DNA of 63,204 nucleotides, counting the filler, from Octopus bimaculoides (Eukaryota): NCBI RefSeq assembly GCF_001194135.2. It is 3 parts of 2 records of this genome, joined end to end, with 100 filler letters (N's around TTAATTAATTAA, not from the genome) between each part and the next. Parts side by side here need not be neighbours in the genome. Positions count along the whole stretch, not along the records: positions 1 to 29,996 come from NC_068984.1; 2 more parts are not named here. One strand, written 5' to 3'. This document shows positions 13,188 through 25,222 of this stretch, piece by piece. How positions within the stretch are numbered: position 1 is the stretch's first letter; each line of letters begins with the position of its first letter. The notes beneath the pieces were generated by a model. It was not told the DNA's origin. It worked only from the letters and a program-made list of their open reading frames with translations, and ran no database searches. Made by a program: the position numbers and the translations under genes.

Positions 13188-16100
13188 GGAAACTAAAGCA
13201 AAAATCCCAAACAATCAACCACCCCCTCTTCATTGATGATTTGAAACTGTGTGGCAAGGATGAGACATAAGTAAGTTCCTTGGTGGACACGGCCCATTGT
13301 TTTAGTACTGATATCAGAATGGAATTTGGACTCCAGAAGTGTGGAATAATCTACCTAAAATGAGGCAAGGTAATTCTATCCCTGGCAGGGATAGAATTAC
13401 CGAATAAGGAATTGATTAAACAAATTGAAACGGAAGGATACAAATACATTAGTGGACTAGAGTTCAACGAGAAAATGGAAAAGGAAATGAAAGAGGAACT
13501 GAGGATGGAGTATTTCCGAAGACTGAGGTTAGTGTTGCGCTCAAAATTGACTGGATGGAATAAAGTTCAAGCAGTTAATACGTAGGCGATAGCATCACTT
13601 CGGTATGGAACGGGAATTATAAAATGGCAAGAGAGAGAAATGAATAAAATGGATACCAAGACCAGAAAAATGTTGGCAATACACGGAGCCTCCCACCCTG
13701 AGAGTGACACCGATAGGCTGTACTCGTTCAGAAGAATGGGTGGGAAAGGTTTAATCAGTTGCCAGAAGCAGAGGAAAACAGCTTAGGGCGGTATATAAAA
13801 ATGCCGTGGAGCCACTGTTGAAACACACGAAGATGGCCGGCGTCATCAAAACTGAAAATTGTGTAACTAAAGAAAAATTTAAACAAGAACTGAACGAAAA
13901 ATAAAAAAAAAGATAAAAAGCATGGAAGGAAAAAATATACGGTCAGTTTGCAAGAGATGTGAACGCCAAAACAGATACAGAAAACAGATGGCTATGGATA
14001 AGGAGCACTCATATGTATCATTTTGAAAGTACAACACTGTTGAGATGAGAGAATGGCTGGAGGCTGTCGAAAGGTAAAAAAAAAAAAAAAGAAATGGCGT
14101 GATGTGAGAGTTACAGATAGAAAATTCGAATAGTTTGGATAAGAACTTGATACTGCAGTAGAAGGAAATACATGTAGAATGAGAAACGCAAAGAAAATAA
14201 AAACAACATGGGTCCGTTTAAGGAGAGAATAAGGAACTTGCGACTGAGATGAATTTTGTGAGAATATTAGCGATAAAAAAACAAATCAAGACCCATTGCT
14301 AATTCCATTCAAAATGTGCTTCTCGTTAAAATAAGCAGTCATCTACCTCTTGTTCAACGATGCTGATGAAGACATTTACTAAATACACAACATAATAAAG
14401 GATAGTGGTTATATTGGAATATAATTATTACAATGGTTATAATGGTTATATTGGAATATATTGGAATTTAGAACGACCTAAATATTTGTAATGCAAAAAT
14501 AGACTAAAATGAACAAAATATACTCACTGTTCGGATATTTCCAGGGGTAACTAGAAAGATGTACACGGCATAGCCTGGGATAACCAGGATAGAAGAGAGG
14601 ATCATAAGAACACCAATCATATGAGCCCACATTGGAAACTCATACGTCATATATTTTACTGGTACATGTTTGAAAAGCGTAAAGATGAATACACCCTAGT
14701 TGAATAAAGTAAAACATTATTATTGATGGAATCATAAAAACCCATAAAACTATGCATGGAAGTCGTAATTAAACAATTTCAATAAACACACACACAAAGC
14801 ATCATTTGAATATGAAATATTGATCTCTTGTAAGGCACATATAAGTAACGTTTATAGCAAGACTTTAGAGCCACCAGGCAAAGCTTCATTTACCAACGCA
14901 GAGGAAACCACAAGATTTCCAATACATTCCGTTCTTAAGTGAACTCAAAGAACTTGACTCTCACCATTTCGGTTCCGCTTCATTCCATAGAGTTAGTTCT
15001 AAATCATTTCTTTGGCGCTTTTTTTATTCTAGAACCTCAAACTTCTGGAACTCCTTCTCTGATTCGTTGTCCATATAAATATGGATAGCAAAAGCCCCGA
15101 ACTCCTTTTTCTGGCAATGTGACTAAGTATAAAAAGGGAGTGTTTTTCCACGCTGACCGCCCTATCACAAGGAAGCAGATGTGGCACGGGAGGTGTATTG
15201 CAACTAATCATCACCAATACATAACTGGTATTTAATTTATTGTCGCTGGAAAGATGAAATTTAACTTTGGCGGAGGAGATTTGAATATGAACCACAAACA
15301 AGCATCACTAAAATGGCACAATTACTGCCGTTCATCATAAACCATCTTGTCCACGAATCTGCCAAAATCTGTCGTTCACTATCTGCCAATTTTCTTATCC
15401 ACTGGCCACCCTTCTGTCCAGNNNNNNNNNNNNNNNNNNNNNNNNNNNNNNNNNNNNNNNNNNNNNNNNNNNNNNNNNNNNNNNNNNNNNNNNNNNNNNN
15501 NNNNNNNNNNNNNNNNNNNNNNNNNNNNNNNNNNNNNNNNNNNNNNNNNNNNNNNNNNNNNNNNNNNNNNNNNNNNNNNNNNNNNNNNNNNNNNNNNNNN
15601 NNNNTGTATGTCAGTTTTCAAAATTATTTCAAGATTTCTTGCTTATAGAGAAAGCCATTTTCTAACCGAGATCCAAAGCTCATTCATTGGAATTTCAACA
15701 TCAACAAGGTATGTATGTATGTATGTATGTATGTGTGCAGATTTTTATGTTTTGTTTTACATATGTATTTTCATACATATATTTGCATATTTAGACATGC
15801 TCATATATACTTAAATCATAAACTTCTAGAAAGTTTTACACATTTTTACAGTTCCAGTGATGGCTTGAATCTGTATTCTTCGAATCAGCCTAATTTCAGC
15901 CTAATTTCTCATGATTGGTATTTAGGCAGTGTGTTACATATCCCAGATCCTCAATAATTACAGGTATAAACCTGAAATTGTAATCTGGTTAGTGTAACTT
16001 CAAATTTCTCAATAGTATGTATGTATATATGTATGTATGTACGTATGTATTTATATGTGTATGTATCAGTGAGTTCGTTTGTGAGTATATGTGTGCGGGT

Positions 16101-17437
16101 GTATATAGAACAAACCAGAAATCACAACAGGAGCACTTATTTACTTACAATACATATCACTGGAACAGTTACAACCCAAGTAATTTTCCAAATAAAATGT
16201 GGATGGTAACCAATCATATCTCTCATGTTGTCATAGAAACGGTTGATTCCTGAAAGGAAAAAAAAGTGCATTTAATATACACTGCAATAAGTATGTATGT
16301 GTGTGTGTGTGTCTGTGTCTGTGTGTGCGTGCACGCGCGCGTGTATGTCTGTTTGTGCTTTTGTGTCTGTGTATATTTGCGTGTGTGTTTGTGTATGTGT
16401 GTATGTTTGTGTATCCTGTATGTGCCTGCGTGTGCGCGTGTGTGTGTGCGTGTGTGTATGTGCGTGCGTATGCGTGTGCATATAGTCGGTGAGTGAATGA
16501 TGCAATATGTGTACCAGAATGTATGAGTGATCGGTAAATCTTCAGAGAGTTTTAAAAGTTCAAGGACTCACCGTATGACCACGATATTGCAATACATTCA
16601 AAGAAGATGAAGAGCAGCAGGCAGATTCCACTGGCAGAATAATGTTCAAAAATCTGGAAAACGTAGATGCCTCCCTGAAATTAAAAAAAAAAATGAACCA
16701 TGAAATCAGCTGTATACACATGCGTGTATACACACAAACACACACATATAGGTGCCAACGCACGAAACTATCGGTCCTTGAGTCACTCCGTTGCTTTTAC
16801 TAAATATCAATATATATATATATATATATATATTCTTTTATTTGCTTCAGGCATTTGACTGCGGCCATGCTGGAGCACCGCCGTTAGTCGAGCAAATTGA
16901 CCCCAGGACTTATTCTTTTTGAAAGCTTAGTACTTATCCTATCCTACATCAATTTTAAACAGAGCGCTATCTTCAGCTGCACAGATATGGAATTTCAACA
17001 CGCAAGATACAGTAATATAATTCTTCTTAAATATTTTAACAGAGCAAGAGGATGGAAGAAATTCATGCTGTGGCTATTGCGGTAGGAATAGCTAAGAGAA
17101 CAGACTACAATGTATTTATAGAGTGGCATGGAACACAGTAGGGGTCATAGGGTTAAAATATATTTCCAAATATCTATTTTCTTATCATTCAACTGAAATC
17201 TGAGACTAGAAGACTTGAAGTGTATTTTGAATAAACAGCAAAAGTGAGTTGACAGCTCATGGCTGGCTATTGGTCATAAATATTTTCAAAGGTACCCCTC
17301 CACCCACAAGGATAGGAAACAGTAGCAGTTTTCTGTGCTGTTTTTGCAGCATTAATAATAATAAAGCATATTACTTTATCTCCGATATTCGAGTACTATT
17401 TTCCCCCACCTTGTTTCACATTTATGTGCTTACTCTG

Positions 17438-17479
<42 letters not shown>

Positions 17480-18874
17480 CAGTAAGCATATGTCTATGTA
17501 TGTATGTGAATATATGTGTGCTTGTGTGTGTTGTTTGTTTGTGTTGTGTGTGTAATTTCTATATTCGGATGCATTGAGTGCAACAGACTTACCTGAGTAA
17601 CCATGGTTAAACCTATCAAGAATGATACAAAGCACACAGCGGCGATGAACTTTTCACGTTTTGGACGTAAATGTTCCGGGAATTCGTCTATTAGTGCTGT
17701 GAAGAATCCCTCCATTGTACAGAACTAAAAGAGAAACCATAACAACATTATACAACGATCAGTCTTTAATCTTTATACATTAAATGCTTTGAGGGGGCGG
17801 GGCGATCTGTAAATAGATGCGTGCAATTTCGGTTGTCTGACATTAATTTTTGGTATATCATTTCATGGACCTGAATTTTGTGGGAGAAAATTTAATCTTC
17901 TGAAATTTGAACTGTTAATCTTTAAATTTGGAATCCAATAAAATCTACTAAAGTATTATAGTCAACTCAATCGACTACATAGAAAATTGACTATGATTTG
18001 TAAGTTATAAGCTTACGTACACTGGTTGCTATACTTACTTGTTTTGGACACTCTTTTAGATTTATTCTGGAAAATATGTTCAAAATAGTTTGACTTTATA
18101 AAAAATTAAAAAAAAAACAAAACCAAGATAAGGGAATCGGGTGACTCTGTAGAATGAGAAAAGAAAATATTTACCTGGCTATCCATACCAAGGAATAAAA
18201 TCATAAGAAAAAAGAGCACAGCCCATAATGGCGAGACTGGCAGTTGGACAACAGCAGATGGGTAGGCTAGAAATGCTAAGCCTGGACCTGCAACATAGAA
18301 TAGACACAAGATGTATATAGTATGTAAGCCTGATTTCAAGTGCTTCAAAGCGCAAATAGAATCGATGATGTATTCTTAGAAAGTTAATCTCAGCACTCAA
18401 TACAACCAAACAACGATGTACCTCGATTTCAATTCTTCTTATTCCCTACGGTGACATTTTTATAACTTTGCCTCACTAACTCTTTTGACGGAGCACCAGT
18501 GCTAGTTTCTGATAGTTTAAAGTAAGAAGATAGTGGGTTTGAATATATTTAAACGATTTTTACTGAATCAAAGAGAATTCCCGTTTATATTTAAAGTTCG
18601 CATTTCACTGCTTATTTCAGTCATTGGACATATCGATTATCAATTGTAATCTCAAAGTGCGACGATCCCAATTCATAACTATGATTTCTTGCAATAAAAT
18701 GTCGAAAGGAATTATGTTAAGTTTCAATCCAAGATAAATTCCTTTATACCTGACTCAGCCACTTTGCTGACTGGTTGCTTCTGTTCGTAGGCCATAAAAC
18801 CAATAACTGAGAAAATAACAAATCCTGAGAATAAACTGGTGGCACTGTTGAGGAAAGATATAATGATGGCGTCT
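12945..18874 (-). CDS. SLC6A1: Na+/Cl- dependent GABA transporter (GAT-1-like, SLC6), 3' partial: join of 18874-18750, 18287-18175, 17724-17593, 16674-16572, 16249-16149, 14695-14528, 13061-12945
   Basis: Manual splicing at GT-AG sites gives one open frame: (R)[285 protein letters not shown]. DSQFCTxEG, GGIYVF, YSASG and IPGY match GAT-1 and invertebrate GAT better than taurine transporters. Exon sizes and phases match the conserved SLC6A1 layout. Family assignment is near certain; the symbol indicates the closest vertebrate type, not proven orthology. Confidence 0.92.
13188..13995 (+). mobile_element. R4/Dong-clade non-LTR retrotransposon fragment (RT 3' half), antisense in the last GAT intron
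   Basis: Degenerate [70 protein letters not shown]...GGKGL, with stops and frameshifts. Confidence 0.8.
14528..14695 (-). CDS. SLC6A1: GAT-like exon, 168 bp (TM11 to TM12)
   Basis: Acceptor caactag|GGT GTA TTC, donor CGA ACA|gtgagt; encodes [28 protein letters not shown]...TPGNIRT. Confidence 0.93.
16149..16249 (-). CDS. SLC6A1: GAT-like exon, 101 bp (IL5 to TM11)
   Basis: Acceptor cctttcag|GA ATC AAC, donor TGT ATT|gtaagt; encodes [34 protein letters not shown]. Confidence 0.95.
16572..16674 (-). CDS. SLC6A1: GAT-like exon, 103 bp (TM10)
   Basis: Acceptor aatttcag|GGA GGC ATC, donor TAC G|gtgagt; encodes [34 protein letters not shown]. Confidence 0.95.
16838..16945 (-). mobile_element. 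SINE family A, short 3' fragment
   Basis: catttgactgcggccatgctggagcaccgcc...gaccccaggacttattcttt. Confidence 0.75.
17593..17724 (-). CDS. SLC6A1: GAT-like exon, 132 bp (TM8 to TM9)
   Basis: Acceptor cttttag|TTC TGT ACA, donor ACT CAG|gtaagt; encodes [16 protein letters not shown]...TMVTQ. Confidence 0.95.
18175..18287 (-). CDS. SLC6A1: GAT-like exon, 113 bp (EL4 to TM8)
   Basis: Acceptor tgttgcag|GT CCA GGC, donor AGC CAG|gtaaat; encodes [10 protein letters not shown]...LGMDSQ. Confidence 0.95.
18750..18874 (-). CDS. SLC6A1: GAT-like exon, 125 bp (TM7 to EL4)
   Basis: Acceptor ttttcag|A GAC GCC, donor GAG TCA G|gtataa; encodes [41 protein letters not shown]. Confidence 0.95.
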
Positions 18875-19852
18875 CTGAAAGAAAACAAAAAACAGTTGGT
18901 ATGGAATACAATGGTGGAGTACAATCAGACAAGAATCTTAAATGTATTCATGTAAATATAACATTGTAAACTTGTAGGAAATATAGTTATTACATTCTAT
19001 AATTTCGCTATGGCTATTTATTTTTCAAACATTTTCTCTGGATATTTCACTATTTATCGGAGTTAATCAAATTTTTTCTTTTCACTAAAGTAAAAAACAA
19101 AGAATTGTTAACAAAGATTATATTTGACACACCTGATGATAGTTTTGATTATGTAATATTTAGTTGGCTTAACATTCTCCTCCTCGTCTTACACATAGTT
19201 TCATCACATACTTATGCTAAAATTTCAGTTTTTGAATTCCGATCTCTGTGAAGAAATTTGTCAATTATTGACAGGCGATCAGTTTGAATTCGTTGCTCTG
19301 AATGTTTGTGTTTGTGTGAGAAAAATATAGAGACACACATCGTACTATAAGGGTTTCAGTTATTCACTGAAGGAAACAACGAAAAGCAGGGATATGATTT
19401 AATGAGTCATAACTTGAGAGATCAACAATGTAGTTAATCCTTCTTGGCAACAGTTCAAAACAAAACTACGTAAAAAATAAGGCAAACGCAATTTTAAAGA
19501 AAACCATCCATAAAATAGTCTTAAAAAACCTTTTCTGAACCCGACGTCTATTTAGGGCTGAAACTTGAGTTTATTTTCCATAGCATTAAGAAGATGATCG
19601 ATAGATATTCTCATGACTGTAATATTGATCTGTTACACGACACGATGAATTGAACAAAAAACCAGCCAAACACTTAGTCTGTTCTAATGCCCTTACTTAC
19701 ATTGGTGACTTACATCTCCAACATGCAGCAACCATATTGTTGTATACGATTAAAAGTTGTTGTTTACAGTATTATCGCACCGCAAATTAGTCACGTGCTG
19801 TATACAATTGGTTTCTATGCATACAATAGTTTTATAGTTATTTTTAATATTT

Positions 19853-20040
19853 TATCTTTTATTTATTTCAGCCATTACATTGCGGCCATGCTGGGGCTCT
19901 GCCGTGAAGAGTCATTAGTTGAATCGATCCCAGTAGTACTTTTTGAAAACTTGGTGCTTAATCTATCGTTCTCTTTTGCCGAACGATAAAGTTACGGGGA
20001 CGTAAACATAACAACACCGGTTTTCAAACGGTGTTGGACA
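19853..20040 (-). mobile_element. SINE family A, 3' half
   Basis: gcggccatgctgggg...tctcttttgccgaacgataaagttacggggacgtaaac...ggttttcaaacg followed by (CA)n. Confidence 0.75.
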
Positions 20041-20161
20041 CACACACACACACACACACACNNNNNNNNNNNNNNNNNNNNNNNNNNNNNNNNNNNNNNN
20101 NNNNNNNNNNNNNNNNNNNNNNNNNNNNNNNNNNNNNNNNNNNNNNNNNNNNNNNNNNNNN

Positions 20162-20203
<42 letters not shown>

Positions 20204-20620
20204 CCTATTTATCTGTTTGTCTGCCTGTCTATCTACATTGCTATACACACACACACACACACACACGCATATGTATAATTTATTTGTGAGTGTGAGATCG
20301 TGTTAGTGTATAAGTATTTATAGATAAGTGAGGATATATATTCAAAATACCAGCACACTCACATACACATATATCCATAAATATATAGATATACGTACAT
20401 ATATGTACACACATACACACACAATACCATTATATTGTCACAGTCTACTCTGCATTACACAACAACTCTACTTGGGAATCTCTAATGCCTTCATTTTGAA
20501 AATAGTTTTTAAAAGAAATACTTGACAATTTCCGCATTAAATATTTAAAAGCCTGGTTAGTGATTCTATACCAATATGCATTTTACAAATACATGAATTT
20601 TTATGTAACATTTATCTTAT

Positions 20621-20865
20621 GGCATATGGTGTAGTGGTTAAGAGCACGGGCTACTATCCCTCAAAATCCGAGTTCGATTCCAGGTGGTGACCTGAATATT
20701 AATAATAATAATAATAATAACTTCGAAAAATATCTTAGGAATGAGAACCCACGTTTGAAATTTCCCCAAGACACCTGATGAAGACTGGAGGGTATATCAG
20801 CCGAAACGTTGTGTTAACAACAAACAAGATGAGGACAAATAACTGTCAAATGTAAATAATGTAAA
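20621..20865 (+). mobile_element. tRNA-derived SINE carrying a hammerhead-like motif, with a 10-11 bp target-site duplication
   Basis: A-box TGGTGTAGTGGTTAAG, B-box GAGTTCGATTCC, internal (AAT)n and an (AATGTAAAT)n tail; (A)TTTATCTTAT lies directly before (20610-20620) and after (20865-20875). Confidence 0.88.
20770..20815 (+). ncRNA. Minimal type I hammerhead ribozyme motif
   Basis: GACAC-CTGATGA-A-GACTG(10 nt)CAGCC-GAAAC-GTT-GTGTT: stem I GACAC/GTGTT, stem II with one mismatch, loopless palindromic helix III (AACGTT), GUU cleavage triplet. Confidence 0.65.
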
Positions 20866-20984
20866 TTTATCTTATTGATCATTGCTTAGTTTTACTTTAC
20901 ATTAGCCGTGTCTCCCAACAAACGAGTACTTGGGGCAAATTTGTTTACAGCCTTACTGACCAACATACTGTATCGTTCAAAACA

Positions 20985-21092
20985 CAAAAGACAGAACCAG
21001 ATGAGGGAACAGCAAGCAGGGTGTATCAGTTTGATGCTCTAGAAAATAGAAAAAGTCTTTGACGTTTCGAGCCTTCGCTCTTCTACAGAAAG
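20985..21092 (-). mobile_element. Short repeat (Penelope-type terminal repeat) beginning with a hammerhead motif
   Basis: Minus strand ctttctgtagaagagcgaaggctcgaaacgtcaaagacttt...aaactgatacaccctgcttgctgttcc; homologous copy at 33591-33700 (+) and tail-like match near 8.39 kb. Confidence 0.7.
21057..21092 (-). ncRNA. Minimal type I hammerhead-like motif with A6-to-U core change
   Basis: CTTT-CTGTAGA-A-GAGC GAAG GCTC-GAAAC-GTC-AAAG: perfect stems I and II and a GUC triplet, but CUGUAGA instead of CUGANGA. Confidence 0.55.
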
Positions 21093-21159
21093 CTCCACGT
21101 GATAAACCTATCTATATATTTGATGATATATGTCTAGCATAAATGTGTGTGTATATAAG

Positions 21160-21322
21160 TTTACCAGAATCACGTATGTATATATTTGTATATATGTTTG
21201 CCAGAAACACGTATGTATATATATGCATATATGTTTATAAGAAACACGTATGTATATATTTGTATAATGTTTATCAGAAACACGTATGTATATATTTGTA
21301 TATATATTTACCAGAAACACGT
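21160..21322. repeat. ~37-bp minisatellite, about 4.5 copies
   Basis: cagaaacacgtatgtatatat...gttta-like unit starting near 21165, 21202, 21239, 21275, 21312. Confidence 0.85.
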
Positions 21323-21334
21323 AGTCGGATAGAT

Positions 21335-21890
21335 TCTCAGAACTTTCAGAACGAGAGAAGAGAAATCAAGTTGGTCTTCTGGAGGACATTTGTCTTCAAC
21401 CGCTTAGACTACTGCTCCTGACTGTGTAAAATTAACAGCGTAATTCGAAGCAATCCAGCAAAGCTACACAAAGAGTATCGTCTCAATGCGTCAGGTCAGC
21501 TATTGGAAAAGGTTGAAAAATTTCAGACTCTAGTCTTTAGAACGCATGCGAGAACCATTGCAGTGATATACATCTGGAAAATCATGGAAAAAAAAGGCGG
21601 CACTGCATAGTGCCAAAGATCCCAACATCATCAAGATACAATATCAGATACTGCAACAACTTGGGTTTCAAGAGCCCACAGCCCTTCACTATCCTCCCCA
21701 AAAAGCAGAGAGACTTCTATGTGGTGGATGCAGGTGTCTTCAAACCAAAACTAAACCGCTTCCCGTCAAGAGTTTTGGATGAACCTACCTTGCGTCAGGA
21801 AACACAGATTAGAACATCAACATCAAACTCACTCATTCACCAATTGCTCCATATCAAATGTTCCAAGTAATAAGTGTAGCAAAACAAACG
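21335..21890 (+). mobile_element. CR1/L2-group LINE 3' fragment
   Basis: Degenerate RTFQNE...FWRTFVFNRLDYCS and FEAIQQSYTKSIVSMRQVSYWKRLKNFRL*SLERMRE, matching the LDYCS...LEAIQR...SYWERL...YSLERRRE block. Confidence 0.75.
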
Positions 21891-22219
21891 GCTGTGCCCC
21901 AGCATTGCCGTAGGTCTCGAACTGAAACTAGAAAAGGAATAAAGGAATATCTACACACCCACACACACACACGTACATAATTACATTTATAGGCGTAGCC
22001 ATACAATACTGCTAACTCTTCCTTCCACCACCTGCATACAACCACATACACACAACACAAATAAAGATACGTTTATAAATATAATTCATCGCATAAAATT
22101 ACAATCATCGAAACTTAAAGTGGAAGACAATTGTTTTTTTATTGTTTTTGATTGATTTTTCCGCTATATCTATTTATCAGTTTGTTGTCTGTTTATATTT
22201 GTGTCTGTCTATCTGACTG

Positions 22220-22265
<46 letters not shown>

Positions 22266-22275
22266 NNNNNNNNNN

Positions 22276-22306
<31 letters not shown>

Positions 22307-22861
22307 TCTCTCTTTCTCTCTATCTATCTATATCTATACACACATATATATATATTATACACACACACATACATGTCGATACGCTATCTTTAGGATAGTG
22401 TGTTAGCACTAGTATATATGTATTTTAATATAATCTCGTTGATTATCTGTTGTCATCCTTTTTACATTATATTTGTGCGTGTGTATCTTTGCGTGTGGGG
22501 TATATCGATCAATCGATCGAACTATATAGCGTAACGACGTTGTACACTGTAACCATCGAATGAATATATATATATAATATTATCATGTGTGTATGTATGT
22601 ATGTATGTATGTATGTATGTGTGTATGTATGTATGCATGTATGTATGTATGTATGTATGTATGTGTGTATGTAGGTATGTATCTATAGACATACAGATAT
22701 ACTGACACGAACACATATGTTTGTGAAGACATAAAGACGTATCTTTGGTGAATATAAACACCATTGTTTCTTGTACAAAAAACAACTCACATAAGGATTA
22801 TAAAACCACAAAGGTTTGCAAACAGTAACTAACAACAGCAACAACATTAACAGCAACAATT

Positions 22862-22906
<45 letters not shown>

Positions 22907-23315
22907 AAAATCATGGCGCTTCTGACGAAAAGTAATAGGTTAAGCAACTCTAGCAAACATGAAGGCAGACAACATCGAAGGGAGAGAGATGTCCATTCTA
23001 ATCCCAGCTAGGTTTCCTTCACTTTGTTGGTGTTTGCTTTTATTTTCCCGATTCCGCAATAATGGAGCGGTGCAAACTCTGTTGTGTGNNNNNNNNNNNN
23101 NNNNNNNNNNNNNNNNNNNNNNNNNNNNNNNNNNNNNNNNNNNNNNNNNNNNNNNNNNNNNNNNNNNNNNNNNNNNNNNNNNNNNNNNNNNNNNNNNNNN
23201 NNNNNNNNNNNNNNNNNNTATATGTATGTATGTATGTATGTATGTATGCATATAGGAAATAGTGGCGCAACAAATTACCAATATTTGCTGGAAATAGCAG
23301 TCGATAACTGTTCAA

Positions 23316-23353
<38 letters not shown>

Positions 23354-25222
23354 GTGTAATAATGTATACATTACCCATATACTTAATGTATGTGTGTTGT
23401 TAAACGCTTGCAGCTGTGGTATTTCGTCTGGAAGAGATCCCTTTAAAGACGTAGAGTGTTAAAAAACGCAGTATACTTCAAAGCTAGGCAAAATGACTCG
23501 CCCCGGGGATGGCGGGATGAATGAGGACGACTGACATCGTCATTCCCAGCGGTCTTCCAACACGCCAGACACCAACCCGTAATTTCTGAGGGCCCTGCAA
23601 TTGCTAGACAGGTGTTGGAAATACACTAGGTTCATCCATCCTTTTGACAGGCCTTGTTTTCTCTCCTGCTCCCTTTCTAGCAACCCTCCTCACCAGGCAA
23701 GTCTGATGGCGGTGCTGGTCTAGTCGCTGGCGACCCAATTATATAACAAGCTGTACTGGATTCAACGTTACAAGTAGTATTCATGAGAGACTTCAAAAGT
23801 GACCTGACACATACATACATGTACATAGGTACACAAACATACATGCATTAACATACATGCACACACTTACATACACATACAAAAGTTTGTTGAAGGTAGA
23901 GGAGAGTTAAAAATGTAATTTTAGCAGAAGGGTGATGTTCTGATGGTGAGATTAATGAAAAGCACAGAGAAAGAGAGAGAGAGGAGGGAGAGAGAGGGGG
24001 AGATGATGATTGTGGTGGTGGTGGAGATAGAGGTGGTAGTGGTGGTGACTGGATAGGGAAAAGTGTATTTTTTTATAATTAAACTAAGTTTTTTTTTTAT
24101 ATCGCTTATCACTTAACGCATAAGTGCAATTCCGTTAAATAACCACGCTTATTTACGTGGCAGACATATGCAATTTAACTAAAGGTTGTATACTATGTAC
24201 GGGATTTTTTGTTTGTTTGTTTATGGAAAAATGGGAGAATAAGAGTGAATATTTATTTTATGAGTGCTGGGTATTAAGTCTATAAAATTGTGCATAAAGT
24301 ATATAAAGTGCATTAAGTAATCATCGTATTCCAATTTCTTTCTCCTTTCAATGATTAGCAGACGAGCGACTATTTTTTGATGCAGACACAACACAAGCTA
24401 CACTTTCAGGTTTTTGAGATAAAGTTTTCAGAAATAACCCAATAAGTTTACTATTAATTCCGTGAAATATTCACGGGTCCCGCGAGTTCGTATTATTATT
24501 AGAGCAACAGGATACATACCAACCCGTATGGAGCAAAGTATGGCTGAAGTAGGGGTCTTGGGGAGAGAATGCAAATGCTTAATTCATATGCTAGAAATGA
24601 TTACGATATCGGGGGACTGTAAAAATCAGATTTAAAGGATGATGAACAAAACAAGATGCCTTCCTTTCATACCTTACTACCAAACAGGGGCAGGTCAAAT
24701 CTACTCTAAATTACGAAGAGAGAGAGACACAGAACACAAATGTGTACATACAGACATACATATACAAAGATTGTATATGCCGGCGCATAGAAACATACAA
24801 ATATACAGTCGGACAGAACACGCGCGCACGCATGCACACACACGCGCGCGCTGTAAGTTTTAGTTCATTAAACCCTCCAACTTTGAACCTGACAGCAACA
24901 AATCTTTCTTTTGAGCGACTCTATTGTAATAGTCACACTGCAGTTGCCTCCCTTGTCTGCAATTTAAAAAAGAATTCTTTGTTATAATTAAACATTTTGC
25001 TTTCCGTATCATTACACTCACACACACACACACACAAAGATAGTCAAATATATTGAGTGAAAAATTAAAGCTGGAGTGAGAGCGTGCGTGGTTGAGTGAG
25101 AGTGTGGGTTGTTGAGTGAGAAAGCTAATTTATTGGATAATAAATAAGTAGAAAGAATTTGACGGTTCGCATCCTACCACCAGCACACCAATGCTTCTCT
25201 TGTCAGGACATAAACCTATTAG

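Noticed and set aside
20621-20692. tRNA gene (also 61157-61222, 27045-27130, 32925-32985)
   Set aside because: A and B boxes are present but I could not form a full cloverleaf, and each continues into a SINE body.
23440-23780. GC-richer island, possibly a LINE 5' UTR with an HDV-like ribozyme (similar thought for 38370-38460)
   Set aside because: I could not fold a convincing nested double pseudoknot or assign a family by eye.
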